A model generated the notes under the pieces. That model did not search any database, had not been told where the DNA came from, and saw only the letters and a program-made list of their open reading frames with translations. The position numbers and the translations under genes were made by a program. 64,000 bases of DNA from Macrostomum lignano (Eukaryota). Positions 34,371 to 47,600 of this stretch are shown here, in pieces (position 1 is the first letter of the stretch; each line of letters starts with the position of its first letter). Location: NCBI GenBank assembly GCA_002269645.1, contig NIVC01003907.1, positions 6,327 through 70,326 of the forward strand, read 5' to 3'.

Positions 34371-37300
34371 CGGCAGTAACTCTTAGAGTTGAAGAAGTGA
34401 GACCTCGTGATTTCGGCCTGCTTAGTCTTGGGGTAGGTTAGTCTCCAGGGTGCTTTTTTATGCAAAAAATGTCATAAATAGTTGTTTAAGTATAAAGCGA
34501 ACGTTATCGATCGAACTGCAACTAATGGACGTTTTTAAATGCCTGTTTTTATCAAAGCTTCAGTTTCTATGCAACAATGCAAAGATTTTACTGACATTGC
34601 GAAGATACGCAGAATAAAGGTAAAACCCCATCGTCAACGGCCTGATGGGAGATATTTACGCGATTACGCGATTTTTACTGTTGTAAAAGTGACATCTCTA
34701 AAATCGATATGCTGCTTTTAGCTTTTTCAAAGCTCTGCCCAAGGTCCGACTGGGGTGAACTGTAGCTAGCGCTCCAGCTGGTTTGAACAATGAGTATGCA
34801 TAGCAACAAGACGGGCCACTCAGCATTGAATGAATAAATGCCTATGGGCTATGGCACTACTCTTAAATCTAGTAGCAGGCTCACTTAAAAAATGCGTAAA
34901 GGGTCGTAGGTAGTCCAGACGGCAGATTCTATATAATCTAGATGTGTCCCTCCATCTTTCGCTAATGTATTTATAGGCTGCCACTGAGGCCCCGAAAACC
35001 CCGCCGGTGATTGGGCCACAGACACTAGGGGTACTGCTAATGCTTGAGAGAAGCAGAAGCTTTAGTTTATGGTCTTAACCCCGGGGTTTTCGCGCCAGGC
35101 GGCTGGAATGGCACATCTCAGATAATATACATGTAGAATCTGTAATCGAGACTGGGTATTTGCTGTCTATGGTCTTAAAATCGGTATGCATATACATGTA
35201 CGTGTTACGTCTGGTGCATTTGAATAGAAGCTTACAAAACACTGTTGCGGAAAATCTTCGAGTCATGAACAGACCCAGACCACTGCGCAGCTGTAAGCTC
35301 AGAAAGCTGTATCTATCATCACAGACACTAGGGGGACATTAATCGAATGGTACCCCTAGTTTCGTCTATATTGTAGACCGGGCTGGTTTTGCGATGCTGC
35401 CTACCAAATCTGAGTATATGAGCGTATTGCGGGCTAGCTTTTAAAGACCGCAGACTCCATAGACAGAGCTTTCTGCTGTTGCGTTGAATACAAATTGTTT
35501 TTCTTCACACTAAGCTAGACCACAAACAATCAAGGTTGAAATCCTATACATAAAAGTAGATTATAAGACCATATGGACATCACGATGGACATCTCTACCT
35601 CATTTTGAAACTAATAATAGACAAGCATGCGCTTCAAATTGGACACCCAGGCTTTAATCTAAAGCCACTTCTCCCCATACGAGTAATTTTCAAAGGCTAT
35701 AGATCCTGTACCTAGTACCTAGTGGCTAGACTCAACGCGGTTTTTTGATAAATAAAATTTTCTGATGCATGCGTATGCAAGTAGTGTGTGCAAGCTTTCT
35801 TCTTAGCCTACACTAATTCTTTTGGGATCAATAACATATTTTTTTATGAAAACATCAGATTTGACGGTTTTGCTTCTCACTTAAACTATTTGCATTTAGT
35901 TAGTTATGATTTAGCGCCGCTTTCGGTGCTTGATATCTAAAAGAGGCATTTTTTGCAAGCTTGTTCCAAATTTATAAATAAAGTTCCGTCGTCAAGCGTC
36001 CGTCTGAAAGGTCGCACGGTGTAAAGGGTTTTGGGGTCTGGAGTTCAGCCAAAGTACATTTTTAGAGGCTTGTTCGATTCACACCCATCAGATCAAGTTA
36101 CCATGTCACAGATATAGTGTGTAGGAGAAAGAGTGTGAGTAGAAAGTCAGGGCCAATGTACGCCATGTGTGAGCGTGTGCATGAGTGCATGTATCCGCGT
36201 GCTTGCCTCAGAATCGCCAGAATGGCAATTAATCAGCAAATTTTTGTCCAACATGTAGAACCATCCTGCGAATATTTATTATCTTATCTATTCGAACCCG
36301 TTTGATGGAAATCTACAGCATCTCATTCAGACATTCAATCAGCTGCATTTTCCAGGACCGAGTCTGAACATCCGCCATGTTCTCCGTGGCCCCTTTTTGA
36401 TGCTGTACTCGTAACCATCAGTCATCATCGTCTTCAAGTTTGGTCAAACTCAGTTTAAAGGAACTGCGAGTTTAGTAAAAAAACAAATTTGATCATTGAA
36501 GTTTTCTAGTTTTCCTTTGTCTACGCAAATTAAAGCCAACTACATATATTCAACAATATTAATATCCATGGACCGACGTATGGACCAACATGGAAAACTT
36601 TTTAATTTCAAATTCTATTCAGATTTTTTTATTTAAAACTGTGCAATAAAAGTAAAATTGTTTATAACAAAATACTATGCATTTTTAGCATAGCCTAGAG
36701 TATAACTTGACTACTTGCTTTATGCAGTAAAGTAATTTAAAATTTATAAAAATTATATTAAGTTGTTTGCACGTGATTTTGACTCTTCGTGTATTTTTCA
36801 GACAATTAATTCTACTACTACTTTTTAGTCGTCCGTCCCGATTAGGGCCTATAAAAATCATCGTCGGCACTTTAAGGCTTTTCATATAACCAATTCCAGA
36901 ACCAGAATCGGTTCGGATCTTCCAAAAAAACAGCAGTAGAAGTATTTAATTCTGTTGAATGTTTGACTGCCTTAACAACCTCACTTAGCACAATTTTTCT
37001 TTTTCTTCCTGGCGATTGTCATTCAATAATAAAAACTTTATAGCATTTATCTCCCTCTAGTTAAGTTATGGAGACAAACAGTTATACTTCACAAATTGGT
37101 TCTGGTTTAGGAACCAGAAGCAATATGAAAAGGCCCTTTGTGTCCTTAGTACTAAGTACCTTAGTCGGCCTGCCCTTAGTCTATTTATATAGGGCCTAAT
37201 TAAATTCTTAATTGATAATGTAATAATATGAATTTAGCATAAATAAAATTTTATATTGAGCCGCTTAAGCAGCATCTTAAATAATGTGGAATCAGAATGA

Positions 37301-40300
37301 CAGAAATAGCTGGCGCCTTGCAAGTTGCCATTCCATTTCTAGGTGTCTAGTGTATTAAGAGTGAGACTATGGACTTATTTACCCTTTTAACTTAGAAAAT
37401 ACACAAATTATTTAATAATTATTAATAAACAATAAATACTTATATTTAAGTTGCAGCTTAATATCTAATTAATATTTATTAATATTGCCCATTATTAATA
37501 TTGCCCATTATTAGGCCTAGCCCTTGCCTAGCCCTGGCCTAGGACCTAGGTCTAATATTAAGCCAAGGCCTAGCTAGGCCTATAATAGTTGTCTTATGTC
37601 TATATAAAATGTTGTGATTTAAACTTATTTTCAATTATGCATGGCTAAATGCTCATCGCCTAATGCTCATTGAGGCCCTAGATAAATCACAATCAAAATA
37701 TTATGCTTAAGTGCAAACTAGGTATTTACTTGTAGTAGGAAAATAAACGTCAACAAAAACATAAAGAGTAAACTTTGTTTAATTCTAGCCAACGTGTTTC
37801 ATCAAACACAAGAGCAGAGCCATGCCTATTTATTATTTTTTCTCTTTTTCACTTTGTTGTGTACTTGGCACTTTCTTAATTCTACTGGACTGTTTTGACC
37901 TACCTCTGGACTATACAGTGATTTTTGCTTAAATATATTGGTGGTGTGATCTTAGGTTGATTGAATTTGCCTTGACGATGTCTTGTGTATGACGAAACAC
38001 TTTGGCTAGAATTAAACAAAGTTTACTTTTTATGTTTTTTGTTGACTTTTTTTCCTACTATTTGTTAGACAAGCTACACTTCCAGATATTTACTTGGCTA
38101 TTTCTGTGGCTATAGGTCAAAATCACAAAATGATGACAAATCAAAAAGACAATAGGCCTAGTCAAAAGGGCAATGCAACAGTCTAAAAAGTGACAGTCAC
38201 AATAATATAGGCCTAATGAACAATAATATGTTTATTATAATTACAAGTTCATGTTACATATTAGACTTCTATATATAGTTAGGTGGCTATATATATATCT
38301 TGGTCATGGCACATGAGTCATGACCAAGATGGCCACACCAAGATTACCATAGCTTTAAATATTTAAATCAATAATTATAAGCCTAGGTCTTTATATTTCA
38401 CTTATTTCTTAGTGATAGTATTTTATATTAAGTATAGATCTTCAAGTCTTAAAAAGATAGATACTGTAGGGTAGCCCATATAACATGCCTGATTAATAAC
38501 ATTAATAACTTTTGTCATTTGCAACCAATGCTGACAAAATTTTACAACGTTGCCACATGTTTAGTATAGCATTATATTTGCAAAATTTACACATGCAAGC
38601 AAGCACTCATACACATATAAAAGGAGGTCCTAAGTTGAATTTCAAAAAAGCAAGCTGCAAGCATGCGCTGCATTCACTATGCTTTCTATATGTGAGTGTA
38701 TTTTAGTGTGCATAAATTTTGCAAATATAGCCTAATGCTATACTTGTTGCAATGTTGTGTTAATATTTTGTCAACATTGGTTGTGAATAATTAAAAGTTA
38801 TTAATGTTTTACTTTAAATCAGGCGCATTATATGGGCCACCTATATAATAGAACTATATTATATAATAGGCCTAATCATTCCTTTTGGCTTCCATTTTAT
38901 TGTAACCTGACTAATAGATATTTATCCACTAAATAAAGCAAGTATATAGCCTAATACAAAATAAAAACATTGCTGCCAGATATTTATCCCATTTTTATGA
39001 TAACCACTAGCAATGGTTTCTTGATAAACTAATAGTGACAGATCAGATAGATGTAGGCTCTAATGATAGAGAATAAATTGGCACAAACATAGAAAAGATT
39101 AAAGTTTTTGTATTATAGGTAATTAGTTTCAAATCTATTATTTGTTTCACTATTTATGAATATGACTGATTAAACATTTTACATAATAATTAATATAATA
39201 ATAGCTATTAAGTTTCTAATTAATGGTAAAAAGAGAGTAGATGTAATAGAGATTCAATATTGTGGCTATCTTGATATGTGGCCATCTTGGTCTTACAATA
39301 TGAGAAGTCCTAGATGTTAAAATGTATTTGTTGAAAATGAGTGAATAATTTAAATTAGGCCTAGACTAAGGCCTATTTAAATATATTTGTTAAATGTGTT
39401 AAAATGTATAAATAAGCCTATCCAATATAGAATATGTTAGAATATGTATAATAATAATTTAGACATAGGGATTCAAGTTAAAAAAACATTTTAAATGCTT
39501 AATTTTGATACTTTCACTGTTTGACTATTTCAATATTTTAAGTAAACTTGTTTTGTCAATATACTAAAAGCTTGATCAAGTGCTTGACTCTACAAAAGTA
39601 CAAGTACAAATACTTGTACCAATACAAAAAATGCTAAAATACAATAAAAAATCAATGAAATTTGTTGCACTTAATTTATTTGAAACATGTTTTTATTTAT
39701 TAAAGATTATGAATAATATTCAAAAAAGTTTCAAAACTAAAATATGACTTTTGTTTTGTATATTTAACTTTTTAAAATTATTTGCTATATTTAAATATTT
39801 TTTGTTAGTTTGCTATCATAGATCTGGAAAAGCTGCCTAGTATAACAAATATGTTTATTACTAATCTAATACAAAGTATGTATTGATTATGTATAATAAT
39901 TTTTTGCTAGAAGTATTTACAATTTTTGTTTTTATTGTACAGCAAAACCATTGAAATGATACAAAATCTATATATAAATTTTACAATGTTAGTCTGTTTG
40001 TATGTCTATAATGTTTTAAGAACTTTTGTACCAATTTTTTAAAACTAGCTTTATAAATGTAATTCTTCAGTGGTCATGCATAAGATTTTTTATGAAACTT
40101 TCAAATTGAAAGTATGACAAATATTTGAAAAATGTTTTTAATACCTTTCAGTGGGTGCTCCATTTGAATTTTGTTCCTTATTGTGCACACTGTGTTGTAC
40201 AAAGCACCTGGCTTTGTTTAGTTCAGCCATTTACATCTCTCCTTGACTAATGTATACTGTAGAATGTATATTTATTAACAAAAGCTAATAAGTTTTTTTA

Positions 40301-40702
40301 CCTTTTGCTTAGGCTTGTAGTTTGTGGTATTGATTGAGTTTTATTGTTTACCAGTCAGATAGACAATAAAGACAGGGGGTTCTAAAACTGGCCTGAAATG
40401 CAATGCACAGACAAAACAAGCCTTTTTCATCCCCTTAAACTGCTCTAGTATTGTTTGTATTATTTTGCAACACAGAAGGCAGCACAGTTGCAGATGGGGG
40501 CAATAATGAGCCCAATTAATTCAGACTCAAAATAATGAAAAAACAATGAAAAATTCAGATTGGAAGTCAATCAAATATGAAATATGATGTTTTTTAATGC
40601 TTTCAACCTGTTTCAGGTATTTTCAAACCATGTGATGTGAGCTTTGGCCAAGCTTTTGCTGCTGGCTATCTGGAGCAAACAACTTTCATCCTACACTGAA
40701 AG

Positions 40703-41364
40703 ATGGAGAAGCATCACAGAATTTCATTTCGAAGGGATGTAAATTTTACACTTGAGAGCTGCTTATTGCCTCTGCAGCAGGTGAGTCGGCGACGGGGTGT
40801 ACATTGTTCAACTTTCATTGATTCCAGGCATCGTTTATTTGACCTTATCTGACCTCCGCCATTCAAGCACGAGGACAAGAAAGAGATTGACCTGTCCGCC
40901 ATTGTTCAACGCCTGACTGACGCCCCTTTGGAGCCGGGGCTGTTCGCCAAGTACCTCAGCCACCAGCTGAACCTGCTGGCCAGGAGGCTGCGGCTTCGAT
41001 TGGAGAGCCCGGGCATCGGCGCCCAGTTCACCCTCACCAGGCCTGATGGCGCCTTCGCTTTCCGGATTGTGCTGGACAGCTTGAAGGGCGCCGTCTGCCA
41101 GGTTGACGTCTGCCCCGGAGATAAATGCATTGTGAGTGCGGCCTGTGCTGCCCATCTCTGACAGCTCTGGTGTTCGCTGGGGTACACTGTGATTTTTAGG
41201 CCTTGTGAAACTGGATGCTTAAAACTTAGGCTATGAGAAATTCAGGCCTTGTGAAACTGGATGCTTGAAACTTAGGCTATGAGAAATTCAGGTCTTGTGA
41301 AACTGGATGCTTGAAACTTAGGCTATGAGAAATTCAGGCCTTGTGAAACTCCCCGTATTCGCTG

Positions 41365-41397
<33 letters not shown>

Positions 41398-41400
41398 TGG

Positions 41401-41441
<41 letters not shown>

Positions 41442-41516
41442 TGGTGTCTGTCTGTCTGTATTGGTGTCTGTCTGTCTGTCTTGGTGTCTGTCTGTCTGTC
41501 TGTCTGTCTGTATTGG

Positions 41517-41557
<41 letters not shown>

Positions 41558-41560
41558 TGG

Positions 41561-41601
<41 letters not shown>

Positions 41602-44600
41602 TGCTGTCTGTCTGTCTGTCTGTCCGTCTTTCTGTCTGTCTGCCTGCCTGTATAACTGCCATAATAGCTGCCTCTGTTGGTCTGTCTGAATGTCTACTAA
41701 GGTTTTTTTCTAGGGTCTCAATATCTGTCCGACTGGTTGTCTGTCTGAGTCAGTCTCCCTGAGTGACTGTCTCAACGTCCATCTGTTATCGGCTAGCGCA
41801 AATCTTGCTGACAACCCTCGCGCCACCCACTTGCCCTTGCAGCCCTGCCCGCACCTGGTCAACAAGTTGAACTCGTGCGATTTTGACGAATTTACCCGAC
41901 AAGTGAATTCCCTTAACGAATTCTGCGATCAACCGTTTGAAGGGTGAGTAGCGCAATAGAAATGAGTATTATTTCTCTCAAAAGTACAAATTGCCTGGTT
42001 AATTGCTGGAGTGCATGAATTACTAGTTTGAGCCTGTCTGTGTCCACCCCCGGCTCTGCTCTATCGGTGAAGATGCGACAGAGGGGATGGAAAATTTGGT
42101 TCAGAATAGCAGTGAGCTGAGGCAGGCGGTCGAGGGTGAGGAATTCTAGCAGGGAAAGCTGGGACTCTTCCCTGCCGCTAGTAGAGGATTTCTGTCCCAT
42201 TGGCGGATCAAGTAGGAATAGTTAACTTGAGAAACTAGCTGAGGATGAGGGCGGGGAGGGTGAGGGTAGAAGGGATTGAAATGAGTGCTCCATAAAAATA
42301 TGAGCATCTGAACTTCCGCTGGGGCTGCTGACGGGACTGGCCAGTAGCTGAGTGAGTAGCTGGGTGAGTAGCTGAGTGAGTTGCTCAACTGGCCAGTAGC
42401 TGAATTAGTAGCTGGGTGAGTAGCTGAGTGAGTAGCTCAACTGGCCAGTAGCTGAGTGAGTAGCTGGGTGAGTAGCTGAGTGAGTAGCTCAACTGGTCAG
42501 TAGCTGAGTGAGTAGCTCAACTGGCCAGTAGCTGAGTGAGTAGCTGGGTGAGTAGCTCAACTGGCCAGTAGCTGAGTGAGTAGCTGAGTGAGTTGCTGAA
42601 CTGGCCAGTAGCTGAGTGAGAAGCTGAACTGGCCAGTAGCTAAGTGAGTAGCTGAACTGGCCAGTAGCTGAGTGAGTAGCTGAACTGGCCAGTAGCTGAG
42701 TGAGTAGCTGGGTGAGTAGCTGAGTGAGTAGCTCAACTGGTCAGTAGCTGAGTGAGTAGCTCAACTGGCCAGTAGCTGAGTGAGTAGCTGGGTGAGTAGC
42801 TGAGTGAGTAGCTCAACTGGTCAGTAGCTGAGTGAGTAGCTCAACTGGCCAGTAGCTGAGTGAGTAGCTGGGTGAGTAGCTGAGTGAGTAGCTCAACTGG
42901 TCAGTAGCTGAGTGAGTAGCTCAACTGGCCAGTAGCTGAGTGAGTAGCTGGGTGAGTAGCTGAGTGAGTTGCTCAACTGGCCAGTAGCTGAATTAGTAGC
43001 TGGGTGAGTAGCTGAGTGAGTTGCTCAACTGGCCAGTAGCTGAGTGAGTAGCTGGGTGAGTAGCTGAGTGAGTAGCTCAACTGGTCAGTAGCTGAGTGAG
43101 TAGCTCAACTGGCCAGTAGCTGAGTGAGTAGCTGGGTGAGTAGCTGAGTGAGTTGCTCAACTGGCCAGTAGCTGAATTAGTAGCTGGGTGAGTAGCTGAG
43201 TGAGTAGCTCAACTGGCCAGTAGCTGAGTGAGTAGCTGGGTGAGTAGCTGAGTGAGTAGCTCAACTGGTCAGTAGCTGAGTGAGTAGCTCAACTGGCCAG
43301 TAGCTGAGTGAGTAGCTGGGTGAGTAGCTGAGTGAGTTGCTCAACTGGCCAGTAGCTGAATTAGTAGCTGGGTGAGTAGCTGAGTGAGTAGCTCAACTGG
43401 CCAGTAGCTGAGTGAGTAGCTGGGTGAGTAGCTGAGTGAGTAGCTCAACTGGTCAGTAGCTGAGTGAGTAGCTCAACTGGCCAGTAGCTGAGTGAGTAGC
43501 TGGGTGAGTAGCTGAGTGAGTTGCTCAACTGGCCAGTAGCTGAATTAGTAGCTGGGTGAGTAGCTGAGTGAGTAGCTCAACTGGCCAGTAGCTGAGTGAT
43601 TAGCTGAGCCTGCCAGTAGAGTAATGATATGCCAGCAATATTATTGTTAGCGTTTCTAAAGCAACTCTTAAATAAACCCCCCCCGATATCCTCATAGCAA
43701 TCTTCGCCGCCAGCTGCCAGTGCTGCTGCAGTCCCTGGAGACCGACATTGAGAGTCTGTGCACAGTCGTGACTGATTCTGAGTCTTCTGCTTCTATCAAT
43801 TCTTGCCCAATTGGCAGGCTGTTGCACAAGGGTTGCAGTAAGTGTTTAGCTTCTATGCACTCATATTAATCATCTTTATAAGGCTTTCTCATTAGAGTTA
43901 TCCAAGAGTCGTGTGAAAATTAATCCGAGAAAAACAGCCCAAATTACTCCCATAAAGAATCGCAGATCGCCCCGGACACCCAAGATAATCGCCCCATACA
44001 CCCCTAGATAATCGTTTTAGACATAGCCTTGAGAATCGCCCCAGACAGCCCTTGAGAATCGCCCTCAGGCAGACCTTGAGAATCTCCCAGGCAGCCCTTG
44101 AGAATCGCCCTCAGGCAGCCCTTGAGAATCGCCAAGGCAGCCCTTGAGAATCGCCCTCAGGCAGCCCTTAAGAATCGCCCTCAGACAGCCCTTGAGAATC
44201 GCCTAAGACAACCTTTAGGAATCGCCCAGGCAGCCCTTGAGAATCGCACCAGGCAGCCCTTGAGAATCGCACCAGGCAGCCCTTGAGAATCGCACCAGGC
44301 AGCCCTTGAGAATCGCACCAGGCAGCCCTTGAGAATCGCCTAAGACAACCTTTGGGAATCGCTCAGGCAGCCCTTGAGAATCGCCCCAGACAGCCCTTGA
44401 AAATTGCCGCAGATTTGACGCAGATACGGGACGCCCCAAGCTGGCCGACTCCTACAGTAGCACGCAGTCCACCCTCCCCCTCCGGCCCTCTCATCAGGTC
44501 TCCTGGTAGGCCGGCCGCAGCGCCTTCTGCTGTACCGTCTGGCAGGCCAGCAGCAGCAGCCATCGCAGCGGCTCCAGTGGCTGTCTCTGCCCGCCTCGCC

Positions 44601-47600
44601 CCCCTCCGAGCTTACCGCAACCGTAGGCGTGACTCACACCAGTGCGGCCTACACCCTGCCAGTGATTCCCATCGTGACTGTGACTCGAACAGGACCCGGT
44701 GATCGCAGGTAAGCTACTCACTGCTCACATCTTTAGTTATAAAATATGAGTACCGCTTCACTAATTTATAATCGTAACTTTATTCCCTCCCGCAGCAGCC
44801 CGACTTTCTCCCAGCTGTCTCAGAACAGCAGCTGTCCCGTGCGGGCCGCCTACTGTCTGCGGCTGGACCGGCCTCTGCCAATCTGCGTTGAGCAGCTCGA
44901 CCGCCTGCAGGAGGTCACCGGCGTGCCAGTGCCCCTGCCAGCATCGCCAGCGTCAGCTCAGGATGACCAGCCACCGCCCGCCACCATGCTTGCCTTGATT
45001 GGAGATCTGCTGGACCAGCCGGACTTGTCTACTGAGACTCCGCTGCGGCTGGTGAGGCTGCTCGTGACTATTGATGAGGCTTTGGTTTTATTAGATGCGG
45101 CTTTGGTTTTATTAGATGCGGGGGAGGAAAGTGAAAAACGGATTGCTAGTCTAGCCAATCATTAAATAGGAAAGTGGATTGCTAGTCTGACCGATTATTG
45201 GATAGGAAAATGGATTGCTAGTCTAGCCGATCATTAGATAGGAAAATGGATTGCTAGTCTAGCCAAACTAGCAATCTAGTGCGGCCCCCCTTCGGGGCGC
45301 CCAATAAGAAAGGAGCAAAAATAGTTCATGGAAAACAATAAAAAAACACATTTTCTTAAACACTAATTCCTTCTTCACATTTTAAAAATCACCTTATTCG
45401 TGTAAAATTGTCACGGACTAAGATGTTTGCAAAATTAAAAAATCACTTTTTCTCTAAAATTAACAAACAGTCAACAAAATATCGTTTCACTAAATAGAAA
45501 ATATTCCCAAGACAGCAAGCAACCCCCTCCAAAAGTGAACAATCGCAGATAGCAAGCATCCTCTAATGCTCATAGCAAGAATCACCACAGATAGCAAGCA
45601 TCTGCAGATTAGCAAGCACCCCCCAGATATTATAGAAGCATCCACCCAGATAGCAAGCATCCACTCAGATAGCAAGCATTCTGCAGATATCAAGCACCCC
45701 CAGATATTATAGAAGCATTCTGCAGATAGCAAGCACCCCCAGATATTATAGAAGCATTCTGCAGATAGCAAGCATCCTGCAGATATCAAGCACCCCCAGA
45801 TATTATAGAAGCATCCTGCAGATAGCAAGCACCCCCCAGATATTATAGAAGCATCCACCCAGATAGCAAGCACCCCCAGATATTATAGAAGCATCCTGCA
45901 GATAGCAAGCACCCCCCAGATATTATAGAAGCATCCACCCAGATAGCAAGCATCCTGCAGATAGCAAGAATCCCTAAATAGCAAGCATCCTGCAGATAGC
46001 AAGAATCCCTGAATAGCAAGCATCCCTGGATAGAAAGAATCCCATGCATGTAGCCAGTACCCCCTCTCCCAAATAGCAAGTATCCCCCCTCGAGAGCAAG
46101 CATCCACGAGACAGCAAGTAGCTAGTGCAAATGTTACTTCCGCTAATGCAATAATCGCTTTCTCAGGTTGTGCAACAATCCACGTCTCAGCGAGCGCAAT
46201 AATCTCTTTTTTAGACAGCGCAGTAATCAGCTTCTCAGCTAGTGCAATAATCCTTGGTTTATTAATAGCAATAATCCTTGATTAATCAAGTGCAATAATC
46301 CTTGGTTTATCAAGTACAATAACCCTTGGTTTATCAAGTGCAGTAATCTTTGGCTTATCAAGTGCAATAATCCTTGGTTTATCAAGTGCAATAATCCTTT
46401 GTTTATCAAGTGCAATAATCCTTGGTTTATCAAGTGCAATAATCCTTGGTTTATTAAGTGCAATAATCCTTGGTTTATCAAGTGCAATAATCCTTGGTTT
46501 ATCTAGCGCAGTAATCCTTGGCTTATCAGGTGCAATAATCCTTGGTTTATCAAGTGCAATATTTGTTTATCAAGTGCAATAATCCTTGGTTTATCAAGTG
46601 AAATAATCCTTGGTTTATCAAGTGCAATAATCCTTGGCTTATCAACTGCAATAATCCTTGGTTTATCAAGCGCAGTAATCTTTGGCCTATCAAGTGCAAT
46701 AATCCTTGGTTTATCAAGTGCAATAATCCTTGGTTTATCAAGTGCAATAATCCTTGGTTTATCAAGTGCAATAATCCTTGGTTTATCAAGTGCAATAATC
46801 CTTGGTTTCAAGCAATAATCCTTGGTTTATCAAGTGCAGTAATCCTTGGTTTATCAAGTGCAGTAATCCTTGGTTTATCAAGAGCAATAATCCTTGGCTT
46901 ATCAGTGCAGTAATCCTTGGTTTATCAAGTGCAATAATCCTTGGTTTATCAAGTGCAATAATCCTTGGTATCAAGTGCAATAATCCTTGGTTTGCCAAGA
47001 GCAATAATCCTTGTTTATCAAGTGCAATAATCCTTGGTTTATCAAGAGCAATAATCCTTGGCTTATCAGTGCAATAATCCTTGGTTTATCAAGAGCAATA
47101 ATCCTTGGTTTATCAAGTGCAATAATCCTTGGTTTATCAAGTGCAATAATCCTTGGTTTATCAAGTGCAATAATCCTTGGTTTATCAAGTGCAATAATCC
47201 TTGGTTTATCAGATGCAATAATCCTTGGCTTATCAACTGCAATAATCCTTGGTTTATCAAGTGCAATAATCCTTGGTTTATCAAGTGCAGTAATCTTTGG
47301 CCTATCAAGTGCAATAATCCTTGGTTTATCAAGTGCAATAATCCTTGGTTTATCAAGTGCAATAATCCTTGGTTTATCAAGTGCAATAATCCTTGGCTTA
47401 TCAACTGCAATAATCCTTGGTTTATCAAGTGCAATAATCCTTGGTTTATCAAGTGCAGTAATCCTTGGCCTATCAAGTGCAATAATCCTTGGTTTATCAA
47501 GTGCAACATCTTTACTATCAAGTGCAATAATCCATGGCTTATCAAGTGCAATAATCCTTGGTTATCAAGTGCAATAATCCTTGGTTTATCAAGTGCAATA

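Noticed and set aside
35017-35359. Small element with CTAGGGGTAC/GTACCCCTAG inverted ends
   Set aside because: Only 10-11 bp of match and no TSD, too weak to call.
36290-36450. Short minus-strand ORFs resembling a FLYWCH finger or a MED1 N-terminus
   Set aside because: One needs a frameshift and the other is on the wrong strand for MED1. No supporting continuation was found.
41903-43697. Missing MED1 exon
   Set aside because: Extending the exon to the GG|GTGAGT donor at 41943 restores phase and the expected length.
44424-44497. Premature stop in a MED1 exon (CAG TAG at ~44455-44460)
   Set aside because: The phase-compatible acceptor with a pyrimidine tract is at 44497, so the stop is intronic.
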